Below, in pieces: positions 21,031 through 30,925 of a stretch of 40,896 nt of DNA. Numbering within the stretch: position 1 is the stretch's first letter; each line of letters begins with the position of its first letter. Source of the DNA: a virus. Its lineage: Duplodnaviria > Heunggongvirae > Uroviricota > Caudoviricetes. The stretch is taken from the IMG/VR virus record IMGVR_UViG_2874920711_000001. One strand, 5' to 3'. Position numbers and translations under genes: made by a program. A model generated the notes under the pieces. It was not told where the DNA came from, made no database searches, and saw nothing but the letters and a program-made list of their open reading frames with translations.

Positions 21031-21207
21031 TCATTCATCGCCCCACTCATCACAATATGCTTCGACCGGAGTTTTTCCTGCTTCATAATCATCACGCCAT
21101 GCTTCAGCATCAGCAGCACTGCCACCACGTAACTCTGCATAGTCCATTAACAGTTCATGCCATTCTTCAAAACTGACGTTGTATTTAGTTGAACCAAAAT
21201 CAGCCAT
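21031..21207 (-). CDS. Hypothetical small acidic protein (58 aa)
   Basis: My own translation (below the ORF-track length cut-off); start ATG overlaps the stop of the upstream 60-aa ORF (ATGGCTGA). Confidence 0.4.
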   Translation of the reverse strand: MADFGSTKYNVSFEEWHELLMDYAELRGGSAADAEAWRDDYEAGKTPVEAYCDEWGDE

Positions 21208-21382
21208 TTTGTTCTTCCTCTTCGTCTTTTATTTCGTGATATGAGTAATTGCAGTAGTTAAAGAAAATATCTTTTGCTTCGTCATGTATTTCATCAGGCG
21301 TCGCATCATCATCCACTTCGAATTCATCCTCGAAATCTCCACCGGCTATTCCCGTTTCAATAATAATTTTGAACTTTCGCAT
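21200..21382 (-). CDS. Hypothetical small, highly acidic protein (60 aa)
   Basis: ORF rich in Asp/Glu (DFEDEFEVDDD, EEEEQ), translationally coupled to the 58-aa ORF. Confidence 0.4.
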   Translation of the reverse strand: MRKFKIIIETGIAGGDFEDEFEVDDDATPDEIHDEAKDIFFNYCNYSYHEIKDEEEEQNG

Positions 21383-21427
21383 TTCACTACCGCCCTTTCG
21401 GGCCTGAGGGATCCCACAAAATTACTG

Positions 21428-22601
21428 CTAATAAACCAGCACCATATTTCGGTAGGTTCTGGACAGATGGTTTAGAACTGTGCTCAGTACTGTTCGTCTT
21501 AAAATAAGTGGCGAGTGTCGAAGAACATTCTTCGCTAACGTCAGATATGAGATAACCCGCCGGGATTTAATGCTGTTAGCCTGATATTTCAGGTGTAACC
21601 CTTTATTTTCAGCGTGATAACCGAGTAACCACATTACGATAGTGCTCAACGTTGCCAGCAGACTCAGAACCAGAATTCTTCCTGTTGAACGACTTTTGCT
21701 GGCCCGAAGACCAAATCCGAAGCGCCCGTTCTTTTCATCACGAAAGTTTTGCTCTATCTGCATTCGCCGACTGTATAACTTGATGATTTCTCGCGCTCTG
21801 AAGTCATTTGTACTGCTGAAGATCAACCAGGCTTCTTTTGCTGATTTGCTCTGTTCTTTGTCTGTTTTGTTTAAACCACTCTGACCTTTCGAACGTTTCT
21901 TTTTTCGCCCTTTTGCCGATTTCTTATAGGTGTAAAAATGCCCCGGATGCTTTTTTTCCTTTCTTTAACCAGCCTTCCAGCCCCCATATATTCCGGTGTT
22001 TTACATTCAGGGCTATCCGACACTTTTAACCATCTTTCAGGCGCGTTATCGAGGCAATACTGAACGTTATTTCTGATCCGACCAATAAAATCCCAGCCCA
22101 GAGAAGTAATATGGTGAAACCATGCGCTCTGAAATCCAGCATCCGTGACAATAATAACCCTGGCATCGGGGGCAGGGATTGAGCAAGGGAATCAAGGAAA
22201 TCATGTTGTATCAATGGATTATTTTGTTTTTCAGAAGGAACAACCTTACTCAATAACGGAATGGAACGCCCGTCACACAGAAGGCTGGCACGAAGAACAT
22301 GATGCTCCTGGGAGGGATAGCCACTCCAGTCTACGGCTATTACACATAAAGATAACTGCCGTGTCAGCATTGAAGTGATATTCCTGAAAATCATTGGAAT
22401 ATCGCGATGGAGCGCCTCATTACCCATGAGGCGATCAATACGTTTGCTCTTATTCTTAACTTGTGCATTACCGGGAAAAAACGTCCGATACTGGTCAGCG
22501 TCAGAGATGCTCCGTTGATTAACACCACTGTGGCATCCATCAGGGCATTTTGTCGGTACTGATGAAATGGTGCTAAGGCATCCCGGAAGAAATTCTGACA
22601 T
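21428..22601 (-). pseudogene. IS4-family transposase remnant (N- and C-terminal parts in different frames)
   Basis: N-terminal ORF 22026-22601 has a DDE-type VIAVDWSG motif; C-terminal ORF 21428-21826 has the Y(2)R(3)E(6)K signature (YSRRMQIEQNFRDEK). Element ends not confidently located. Confidence 0.55.
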
Positions 22602-22786
22602 ACTTTATGAACAGGCATAGCAGTGATCTCATTGAATTGTTGGCACAAATCAGTAGATCACATAATGCTATGTCTGTCTCGTTTTCTGGGAATTCCTCAG
22701 CCTTTCGGGCGGCCTCCTGATGATTTGAGGGTGCAGGAATCCCTCCGGTTAAGGATTAAATTTTTAACAGTGCTAAATTTAATTAT

Positions 22787-23195
22787 TCAGTTCTGGATTT
22801 TGTCGCCCTGCGTATCCGCGCTTTCGCGTTACGCTCAATCTGTATCAGCTTTTCTATATTTCTCCGCCTTTCCTGTTCCTCCTGGCGCAATAGCCTTACA
22901 TCATCTGCCAGTCTGGTTTCTCTTTTTGCCACAGAGAGCATCCAGTCAAACGGCTCCACAACCGCACCGCAGATTTTACAGCGGACCTGACGCTCTTTTT
23001 CGTCAACCCGTACAGAGGCGTGATGGCAATATGGTCTTTCCGATGGATCATAAAGAAAATTAACCTGATTACGAGGGCATCCTCTTTTACCGGAAATAAA
23101 ACAATATTACTTAACTCATCTTCTGGTTTTATTTCCACGTCACTCTCCTTTGATGCGAATGCCTGCGGCAATTAGTGCCTGATAACTAATTTCAC
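22787..23195 (-). pseudogene. Hypothetical gene(s) with ambiguous frame; C-terminal coiled-coil and Cys/His-rich segment
   Basis: Two overlapping frames both look protein-like (ORF 22896-23171 and an adjacent frame ending at 22787); likely one gene with a frame break. Confidence 0.25.
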
Positions 23196-23650
23196 TCACA
23201 GTACCACCTCCTGAAAATTACCCTGATAGAAAGCCAGTACACGCTGCATAACTTCGCTTTTACGACACTCAGTACAAATTATATTATGACGCCTGTCGTA
23301 ACGATGTATTTCTCCGTCAGGTATGAGGTAGCCTGAGTTTAACGGACACTCCTTCCTGAAATAGAATGGCATCAGAAGGAGCTAATAATGAGCAGAAAAA
23401 CCCAACGTTACTCTAAAGAGTTCAAAGCCGAAGCTGTCAGAACGGTTCTTGAAAATCAACTTTCGATCAGTGAAGGCGCTTCCCGATTATCCCTTCCTGA
23501 AGGCACTTTAGGACAATGGGTTACCGCCGCCAGAAAAGGACTCGGTACTCCTGGTTCCCGCACGGTGGCTGAACTGGAATCTGAAATTCTGCAACTGCGT
23601 AAGGCGTTAAATGAAGCTCGCCTTGAGCGAGATATATTAAAAAAAGCAAC

Positions 23651-24869
23651 TGTAGATTCAATTGGTCAACGCAACAGTTATGTGAAAACATGGGTTGCGG
23701 AGGTTTTTTGAATGAGACGAACATTTACAGCAGAGGAAAAAGCCTCTGTTTTTGAACTATGGAAGAACGGAACAGGCTTCAGTGAAATAGCGAATATCCT
23801 GGGTTCAAAACCCGGAACGATCTTCACTATGTTAAGGGATACTGGCGGCATAAAACCCCATGAGCGTAAGCGGGCTGTAGCTCACCTGACACTGTCTGAG
23901 CGCGAGGAGATACGAGCTGGTTTGTCAGCCAAAATGAGCATTCGTGCGATAGCTACTGCGCTGAATCGCAGTCCTTCGACGATCTCACGTGAAGTTCAGC
24001 GTAATCGGGGCAGACGCTATTACAAAGCTGTTGATGCTAATAACCGAGCCAACAGAATGGCGAAAAGGCCAAAACCGTGCTTACTGGATCAAAATTTACC
24101 ATTGCGAAAGCTTGTTCTGGAAAAGCTGGAGATGAAATGGTCTCCAGAGCAAATATCAGGATGGTTAAGGCGAACAAAACCACGTCAAAAAACGCTGCGA
24201 ATATCACCTGAGACAATTTATAAAACGCTGTACTTTCGTAGCCGTGAAGCGCTACACCACCTGAATATACAGCATCTGCGACGGTCGCATAGCCTTCGCC
24301 ATGGCAGGCGTCATACCCGCAAAGGCGAAAGAGGTACGATTAACATAGTGAACGGAACACCAATTCACGAACGTTCCCGAAATATCGATAACAGACGCTC
24401 TCTGGGCATTGGGAGGGCGATTTAGTCTCAGGTACAAAAAACTCTCATATAGCCACACTTGTAGACCGAAAATCACGTTATACGATCATCCTTAGACTCA
24501 GGGGCAAAGATTCTGTCTCAGTAAATCAGGCTCTTACCGACAAATTCCTGAGTTTACCGTCAGAACTCAGAAAATCACTGACATGGGACAGAGGAATGGA
24601 ACTGGCCAGACATCTAGAATTTACTGTCAGCACCGGCGTTAAAGTTTACTTCTGCGATCCTCAGAGTCCTTGGCAGCGGGGAACAAATGAGAACACAAAT
24701 GGGCTAATTCGGCAGTACTTTCCTAAAAAGACATGTCTTGCCCAATATACTCAACATGAACTAGATCTGGTTGCTGCTCAGCTAAACAACAGACCGAGAA
24801 AGACACTGAAGTTCAAAACACCGAAAGAGATAATTGAAAGGGGTGTTGCATTGACAGATTGAATCTACA
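23651..24869 (+). mobile_element. IS30 copy (1219 bp) nested in IS600 orfA
   Basis: Ends TGTAGATTCAAT...; 1 bp shorter than the copy at 6972-8191 because of a G-run difference upstream of the transposase start. Confidence 0.8.
23712..24862 (+). pseudogene. IS30 transposase, same 1-bp frame break as the 6979-8129 copy (G run at 24404-24406)
   Basis: 237-aa ORF plus 88-aa ORF 24596-24862. Confidence 0.8.
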
Positions 24870-24946
24870 ACAGCGTATTTTGCACAGGAGTCGCTGAAAA
24901 ATACGCGTTAATCGAACAATGGCGACAACAATTTCCCATTGAAGCG

Positions 24947-25822
24947 ATGTGTCAGGTATTTGGTGTATCCAGGAGCGGTTATTACAACTGGGTACAGCAT
25001 GAACCCTCAGACAGAAAACAAAGTGATGAGCGGCTAAAACTGGAGATTAAGGTGGCACATATCCGCACTCGCGAAACATATGGAACCCGGCGGCTCCAGA
25101 CGGAGCTGGCAGAGAATGGCATCATCGTTGGTCGTGACCGACTGGCACGTCTTCGTAAGGAGCTAAGGCTACGCTGTAAGCAGAAACGCAAGTTCAGAGC
25201 GACTACGAACCCGAACCACAATCTGCCAGTTGCGCCAAATCTGCTGAACCAGACGTTCGCTCCTACAGCACCAAATCAGGTCTGGGTGGCGGACCTGACG
25301 TATGTTGCCACACAGGAGGGATGGTTGTACCTCGCTGGCATCAAAGATGTTTATACGTGCGAAATTGTCGGCTACGCCATGGGAGAGCGCATGACAAAAG
25401 AGCTGACAGGTAAAGCCCTGTTTATGGCGCTCAGGAGCCAGCGCCCACCTGCCGGGCTAATCCACCACTCTGATCGAGGTTCACAGTACTGCGCATACGA
25501 TTACCGGGTCATACAGGAGCAGTTTGGTCTGAAAACATCAATGTCGCGTAAAGGTAACTGTTACGACAACGCTCCGATGGAAAGCTTCTGGGGAACGCTG
25601 AAAAATGAGAGCCTGAGCCACTATCGTTTTAATAACCGGGATGAAGCCATCTCAGTAATACGGGAATACATTGAGATTTTCTACAATCGTCAGCGTCGTC
25701 ACTCTCGTCTGGGGAATATCTCCCGGCAGCCTTCAGGGAACAATATCATCAGATGGCTGCTTAAAAAAAGAACAAATGGTAGTGTCCGCTATTGCCAGTA
25801 CACCTCAGTAATGACCAGATAA
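24947..25822 (+). pseudogene. IS600 OrfB with altered 3' end (C-run contraction at 25722-25724)
   Basis: Identical to intact OrfB up to RLGNIS, then frame changes and reads past the IS end at 25807. Confidence 0.75.
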
Positions 25823-26105
25823 GATCCAGATCAACCACAGATGGTTTCCTCACCTTTACTCTCGAGAGTTTTTTGCGGGCGCTTTGCCAGTCCTTGCGAG
25901 CCTGTTCAGACGGGAATAAGCCGTAGCCAGAATTATATACATCACCACTTGCGACCAGTTCTATGCATAAGCGACCGACAGACGCACGACTGATACCTGT
26001 TTCATCGGACAACTGCCGAATCGTGACCCGACCGTCCTGATGCACGAGTTCCACAATTCGCGTCTTCAGTTCTTCCCGCTGTTCGGGAGTAAAAGGTTTC
26101 GCCAT
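25808..26105 (-). pseudogene. Winged-helix DNA-binding protein gene, 5' part; interrupted by the IS600/IS30 composite (3' part at 23196-23323)
   Basis: Removing the IS and one GTA copy restores a roughly 140-aa ORF ending at 23196; contains an HTH-like segment and a CTEC motif. Confidence 0.55.
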
Positions 26106-26174
26106 AAATCCTCCTGAAACTACTTAACAACCCTCGAATGGCTAACATTCGGACGCCAGCTCTCCAGTTAAAAT

Positions 26175-26864
26175 TCACCCAGCGCCGCCGTTCATGACCA
26201 TGCGATCCATCACCCGCTCGCCGAGCAATGTTTTCATCACCTCATAGTTCAGGTTTGTCAGCATCCCCACGCTGCGCATCGACGCTGTCCGGCGATCAAC
26301 AATCTGGTGCAGCACCACCTGCTCGTTTTTCGTCTCGCGCTGAATGCCAATTTCATCAAGAACCAGCAGATCCACTTCGCACAGCTCCCGCAAAAATTTT
26401 TCGCCTGACTGCCCGTCGTCATAGCTGGCGTGCAGGGCGCTCATAACATCAGCCACGGTAACCACAATCACTGTCTGACCGTCTTTCAGCAGGCGATTCC
26501 CGATAGCTGCCGCTAAGTGATTCTTCCCGGTACCAGGTTTTCCGCTGAACGCAAAATTTGTACACCCGGTCATCAGTTCATCGGCGATGGATTTCGCCTG
26601 GCTTAACGCGTATCGCTGGCCGTCGTTCTGCACCTGGTAATTCGCAAACGAGCATTTACGGTGCAACGGCTGGATGCCTGAGCGATTCAGAATTTTTTCC
26701 ACCCGCAACTGGCGATTCAGGCGGTTGATCTCCTCGCTACGTTTCTGGCCTTCAGCAAGTTGCCACTCGCGCCACTCCGCTACCGTTCTGAATGGGGCGG
26801 TTACATGTGGCGGGGTCAGTCGGCGGATGCGTTCCAGAACGCCGCCTGTCGCAATATTTTTCAT
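26175..26864 (-). CDS. DnaC/IstB-like replication helicase-loader ATPase
   Basis: 229-aa ORF with Walker A GKPGTGKNHLA and Walker B LLVLDEIG; start overlaps the stop of the upstream replication gene (ATGA). Confidence 0.8.
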   Translation of the reverse strand: MKNIATGGVLERIRRLTPPHVTAPFRTVAEWREWQLAEGQKRSEEINRLNRQLRVEKILNRSGIQPLHRKCSFANYQVQNDGQRYALSQAKSIADELMTGCTNFAFSGKPGTGKNHLAAAIGNRLLKDGQTVIVVTVADVMSALHASYDDGQSGEKFLRELCEVDLLVLDEIGIQRETKNEQVVLHQIVDRRTASMRSVGMLTNLNYEVMKTLLGERVMDRMVMNGGAG

Positions 26865-27643
26865 GGTCCGTTACCCCTGAAGCCTGGCGGGATCGCACTG
26901 TCCGGCAACGAGACGGTGTTAACCTGTCGGAGCAACGTCTCAGGCCGAACACCTTTCGGCGCGAACAGGCCCTGGTATTCATTGGCGATGCTGTGTCGAA
27001 TCACCTGCTCAGGTGTAAAACCCTGCTGACGGAATTTTTCCAGTTCCCGTATCGCCCGTTAGCGCCCTGCTCCGTTCGAATCGGTTTTCGCAATGCCTGT
27101 CTGAACCGGACCCACTCATGCCAGAGTGTTTCCGGCAACCAATCGGGCAGCTCAATAGCCTCCGGCTCGAATTTTTTAGACGCTCGTTTTTGGCGAGGGG
27201 ATTTAGGGGAGATCAGTATTTAGATCTTCCTCTGGTAACGCTTTTTGATCCGTTTGTGTAACGCTGGCAGCGTTACCTTTTCGTTTCAGTTCGCGTATTT
27301 TTGTTACTCGCTCGTTTGTAACCGCCCGTTTTTTAGAGCTTTTTCCGTTATGACGTTCAAAGTTAGGTAGAGAAAGCCCACCGTCATTTTCGACCAGCCA
27401 TCCAACCTGAATTAACGCATCAGCAAAACCAGACATAAAAGTGATGCGATCTATTGCACTTTTTGTAACGCCGCGAGCGTTACAATCTGCATTACCGTCT
27501 ATCATTTGTTGATCCGCCCATGCCCAGAAGCGAATAACCTTCCCTAATGCGGCATCTGGATCAATATTCAGAATCTCAGCAAGCCTGAATATTTCCGGCT
27601 TATCCGGCGTAATAACCTCGAGCTTTATCCAGTTTGAAGCCAT
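26861..27643 (-). pseudogene. Phage replication initiation (replisome organiser-like) protein, at least two frame changes
   Basis: 146-aa N-terminal ORF 27203-27643; the remainder is readable in two further frame segments down to the stop at 26861. Confidence 0.6.
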
Positions 27644-27720
27644 TTGTTTTCACCTTGTAACGCTCGCAGCGTTACATTTAACTGATACCGAACAAAACAA
27701 TCCGGCACGATTAATTTCAA

Positions 27721-28143
27721 TCAATGCACTACGACAGAATCGCCGGGCGACCCACCACCGCTGAAATGTGCTTTCCGGTAAACGGCCTGGACAGCATCAT
27801 CATGCGCATCAATTGCCGTACTCAACGCTTCCTGCGCCGCCAGTAATGCACGGCGTTCCAGGGTATCGAAGATACAGAGTCGGTGACGCAGCTCACGCGG
27901 AAGAATTGCCAGAACCGCAGGGATCAGTTTCTGAATTTTTTCCCTTTGCGCTTTCGTTTCACCTTTCAACCAACGGTGATAGATATTCTGCTGATTGTTC
28001 CAGTCCTTGCCTGGTACCAGAGACAATTCGCCGCCCCCTGCCGCAGATATTCTTCAGTAATTGCGTTAGCGACCCACGCCTGCCCTTTTTCGGCTGCCAG
28101 GGCTAACAGCACTGATTCGATGTGCTCATGCCTGATTTTCATG
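27721..28143 (-). pseudogene. ydaT: YdaT-like protein, frame broken by contraction of a C/G run at 28034-28038
   Basis: ATG at 28143 gives MKIRHEHIESVLLALAAEKGQAWVANAITEEYLRQG then shifts; the 101-aa ORF 27721-28026 is the continuation. Confidence 0.65.
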
Positions 28144-28145
28144 AA

Positions 28146-28352
28146 TCACCTTCCCAGGTCGTTTTGCCTTACGATATTCGTCATAAACTTTGGGGTCGTA
28201 CTGAAGTTCCCCGCCAGATGCCTCTTGCAGGCGCATCGCGCGACCTTCAGGAACCAGTTCCCCCATGCAGCAATGCTTGCCAGCCTAACTCCTGCGGCAT
28301 TGGCAAGCTTTGTTTTGCTGCCAAAAAACGCTATAGCATCAATTTTCAACAT
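28146..28352 (-). pseudogene. ydaS: YdaS-like Cro-type HTH protein, frame broken by contraction of a C/G run at 28260-28264
   Basis: N-terminal MLKIDAIAFFGSKTKLANAAGVRLASIAAWG; the adjacent frame continues ELVPEGRAMRLQEASGGELQYDPKVYDEYRKAK. Confidence 0.6.
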
Positions 28353-28360
28353 ATCGAGCT

Positions 28361-28378
28361 CCTTAGATTTTCCTAAGG
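28361..28378. promoter_or_regulatory. Palindromic operator-like site CCTTAGattttcCTAAGG in the divergent ydaS/repressor intergenic region
   Basis: Perfect 6-bp inverted repeat with 6-bp spacer; further CCTAAG/CTTAGG copies at 28397-28405 and 3' of the repressor gene. Confidence 0.5.
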
Positions 28379-28428
28379 AAACCAGATCGTAGAGAAACCT
28401 AAGTCAAGAAAAATTAGAATTCCCTAAT

Positions 28429-28836
28429 ATGAAAAACGAAACCTTCGGTGCTCGCCTCTTACATAGGCGTAAAAAATTAAAACTGTCTCAGGCCGCATTA
28501 GGTAAGCTGGTCAAAGTGGCTCACGTAACAATTTCTCAATGGGAAAGAGATGAAACACAGCCGGCGGGGAAAAGATTATTCGCACTGAGCCAAGCGCTTC
28601 AGTGCTCACCGACTTGGCTTCTTTTTGGGGATGAAGATAAACAACCAGGCGAACCGATCCCGGATAATCAGCCAGCCATTCTGACAGAAGATCAAAAAGA
28701 GTTACTTCAACTGTTCGACGCACTGCCTGAGTCAGAGCAAAAGGCCCTGTTGTCAGAGATGCGTGCTCGAGTTGAAAATTTCAACAAACTTTTTGAAGAA
28801 CTACTCAAAGCTCGCAAAAGAAGCGCAAACAAATAA
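28429..28836 (+). CDS. racR: Prophage repressor, XRE-family HTH (RacR-like)
   Basis: 135-aa ORF with HTH segment LSQAALGKLVKVAHVTISQWERDE, divergent from ydaS and flanked on both sides by operator-like repeats. Confidence 0.6.
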   Translation: MKNETFGARLLHRRKKLKLSQAALGKLVKVAHVTISQWERDETQPAGKRLFALSQALQCSPTWLLFGDEDKQPGEPIPDNQPAILTEDQKELLQLFDALPESEQKALLSEMRARVENFNKLFEELLKARKRSANK

Positions 28837-28906
28837 TCCCCTTTTTTCTCCACACCCTGTAATAAAAAGCACAAACTTTCAAACACTTGTGTTTTTTACA
28901 TCAAAA

Positions 28907-28956
28907 AACTTAGGTTTTTCTACATAAAAATCTTGACCACCCACCTTAGGTTATTC
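28907..28956 (+). promoter_or_regulatory. Operator-like CTTAGG repeats with a TTGACC -35-like element (pL-like early-left promoter region)
   Basis: cttagg at 28911-28916 and ccttagg at 28945-28951; TTGACC immediately precedes the second site; downstream genes are all on the + strand. Confidence 0.4.
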
Positions 28957-29038
28957 TAAATTTCATTCATCAAGACACCGCACGGTGTTCTCAGCAAACA
29001 GTTCCGCTACCCCGGCGTTAAGGGGAAATGGGGTCAAC

Positions 29039-29194
29039 ATGAATACTATCGATCTTGGCAACAACGAATCTCTGGTGTACGGCGTGTTCCCCAACCAGAA
29101 CGGCACATTCACCGCCATGACGTATACCAAAAGCAAAACGTTTAAAACCGAAGCTGGCGCACGTCGTTGGTTGGGAAGACATTCAGGTGAGTAA
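29039..29194 (+). CDS. Small prophage protein (51 aa), YdaF-like
   Basis: ATG with GGGG/AAGGGGA Shine-Dalgarno; first gene after the pL-like region. ORF track lists a longer GTG-started version from 28985. Confidence 0.5.
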   Translation: MNTIDLGNNESLVYGVFPNQNGTFTAMTYTKSKTFKTEAGARRWLGRHSGE

Positions 29195-29195
29195 A

Positions 29196-29399
29196 ATGAA
29201 CGAGACAGAATTAAAACACGTTATCGCTCTACTCCCAGAAGATGCAAAACGCCTCCAGCAACTGGAGCCAAATGCAGGCACTGGGGCACGCATCTGGCTG
29301 GCTAAAGAAGCGCTGGAATCTGGCGATTATGATAGCGAAGAAGCCTTCTACAAAGCAGAAGGCCGTGCAGGATATTCACCGGGTCTTGGCGGGGTATAA
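29196..29399 (+). CDS. Hypothetical small protein (67 aa)
   Basis: ATG one codon after the upstream stop; ORF track lists a GTG-started version from 29187. Confidence 0.4.
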   Translation: MNETELKHVIALLPEDAKRLQQLEPNAGTGARIWLAKEALESGDYDSEEAFYKAEGRAGYSPGLGGV

Positions 29400-29672
29400 A
29401 TACCATGCGCATTGACTGAATTCGCAAACAAAAACAGACGCGCGATACCCGGATAGTCGGTCTGCATAGTCAGATATCTGGCTGCGAATTTGATAAATAT
29501 CACCGCCCTTTTCGGAAACATAAGTTCCGTCCGGGAGTTGATTATACGAACCATCTCCATGGGGGATCGTTCTCCTGAATCCTAGTGAGAGCATATATTT
29601 ATGAAGCCCTTCGTAATCCTCTGGCTCAGCATTATATAGTTCTACTCTGGCGAGATACGTTGGCATATTCAT
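29376..29672 (-). CDS. Hypothetical protein (98 aa), convergent to the early-left operon
   Basis: Uninterrupted ORF on the opposite strand from all neighbours; no family recognised. Confidence 0.4.
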   Translation of the reverse strand: MNMPTYLARVELYNAEPEDYEGLHKYMLSLGFRRTIPHGDGSYNQLPDGTYVSEKGGDIYQIRSQISDYADRLSGYRASVFVCEFSQCAWYLYPAKTR

Positions 29673-30172
29673 TTCCTTACTGGTTGTGCGAGAACTTCAG
29701 TAAAGATACCACCAAAGCCCGGAGGTGGTGAAATAAAACCGGGCACAACACGAAGGCGCATTTCCGGTATCCATAAAGAGTCGGTCTTGTCTGTTAAATT
29801 TAAATGGTGGGAGTGCGCCTCCGGTTGTAAATAACGACATTGCTGTGTGAAGTACCAGTTGGCGGCATCGGTTTAATTGCTGGCTGATGTCCGCCCTTTT
29901 TAAAGTGAATTTTGTGATGCGGTGAATGCGGCTCAGCGCACGCGGAACAGTTAAAACAGTAAGGAAAATCCCTTATTCCGGCGTTAATTATTAACTGGTT
30001 AACGTCACCTGGAGGCACCAGGCACCGCATCAACAAAGTTCACTTCGGTGATGAAAGGAAAGAGAAAATGTTGAATGTAGCTATTGAAAACCAGAACGGG
30101 TGGAATTATAGTGCACCTGCACCTCATAAAACGGGTGCCGGGATTGCTACCCCGAAGTCATTCACGGCGCAT

Positions 30173-30196
30173 AACCGCGCTCAGGCGGTTTTTTTA
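30173..30196 (+). terminator. Rho-independent terminator-like hairpin inside the early-left operon
   Basis: accgc-gctcag-gcggt stem-loop followed by T7; no convincing + strand ORF ends just upstream. Confidence 0.5.
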
Positions 30197-30360
30197 TGCG
30201 TAATGCACAGCCACATTCAAATTATGGTGGGGCGTGCGGGCAGTCGCAAGACTGGCCGGGTTCCGTGATGACCGGTTGTAGCAACCCTGTACGTCTCACC
30301 ACCCATGAGATTGCTACCTCCGGTGGTGAGTTAATCAAATTCATCGCGGAGGCTGCCATC

Positions 30361-30909
30361 ATGGCTACTACCCTTTCTCACCCTTGTGTAACCGTAGAAA
30401 ACGGTCGCGCTGTCACTACGTCTGTTGCGGTTGCAGAGTTCTTCCACAAACGACACGACAATGTGTTACGTGCCATCGCAAATATTGAATGCTCAGATAA
30501 ATTTACTGCCCTCAATTTTGAGGCGAGCGAATACACCGACTCAACCGGGCGCAAACTCCCAATGTACCAAATCACCAAAAACGGCTTCGTTTTCCTGGTG
30601 ATGGGCTTCACTGGCAAAAAAGCCGCCGCATTCAAGGAAGCCTACATTGCTGAGTTCGACCGCATGGAGGCCGAACTGCGCCAGAATAACACCCCACCTG
30701 CTGACAAGATGATTCCGGGTGATGGTCGCACTCTGGTTGTTCACTTCGACAAATTCGGCAATGTCGAATTCACCGAAACCGTTCCTGATGGCGCACTGGT
30801 CTGTACCCTGGAGACTTTCCGGTTTTATCTGGAAAAACAGGGATGGACTCTTGTTAACCGGGGCGCAATTAAAAATATGACTGTGGAACAATTACTTTCT
30901 TTAAAATAA
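30361..30909 (+). CDS. Rha-family phage regulatory protein / antirepressor
   Basis: N-terminal segment TSVAVAEFFHKRHDNVLRAI typical of Rha-family proteins; ORF track lists an extended version from 30196. Confidence 0.65.
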   Translation: MATTLSHPCVTVENGRAVTTSVAVAEFFHKRHDNVLRAIANIECSDKFTALNFEASEYTDSTGRKLPMYQITKNGFVFLVMGFTGKKAAAFKEAYIAEFDRMEAELRQNNTPPADKMIPGDGRTLVVHFDKFGNVEFTETVPDGALVCTLETFRFYLEKQGWTLVNRGAIKNMTVEQLLSLK

Positions 30910-30925
30910 AAATGGAGCTACGGAT

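Larger units (their letters stand above)
23324..25807 (+). mobile_element. IS600 carrying nested IS30 (composite, 2484 bp); 3-bp direct repeat GTA
   Basis: Same IS30 insertion point as the other two composites; GTA at 23321-23323 and 25808-25810. Confidence 0.85.
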
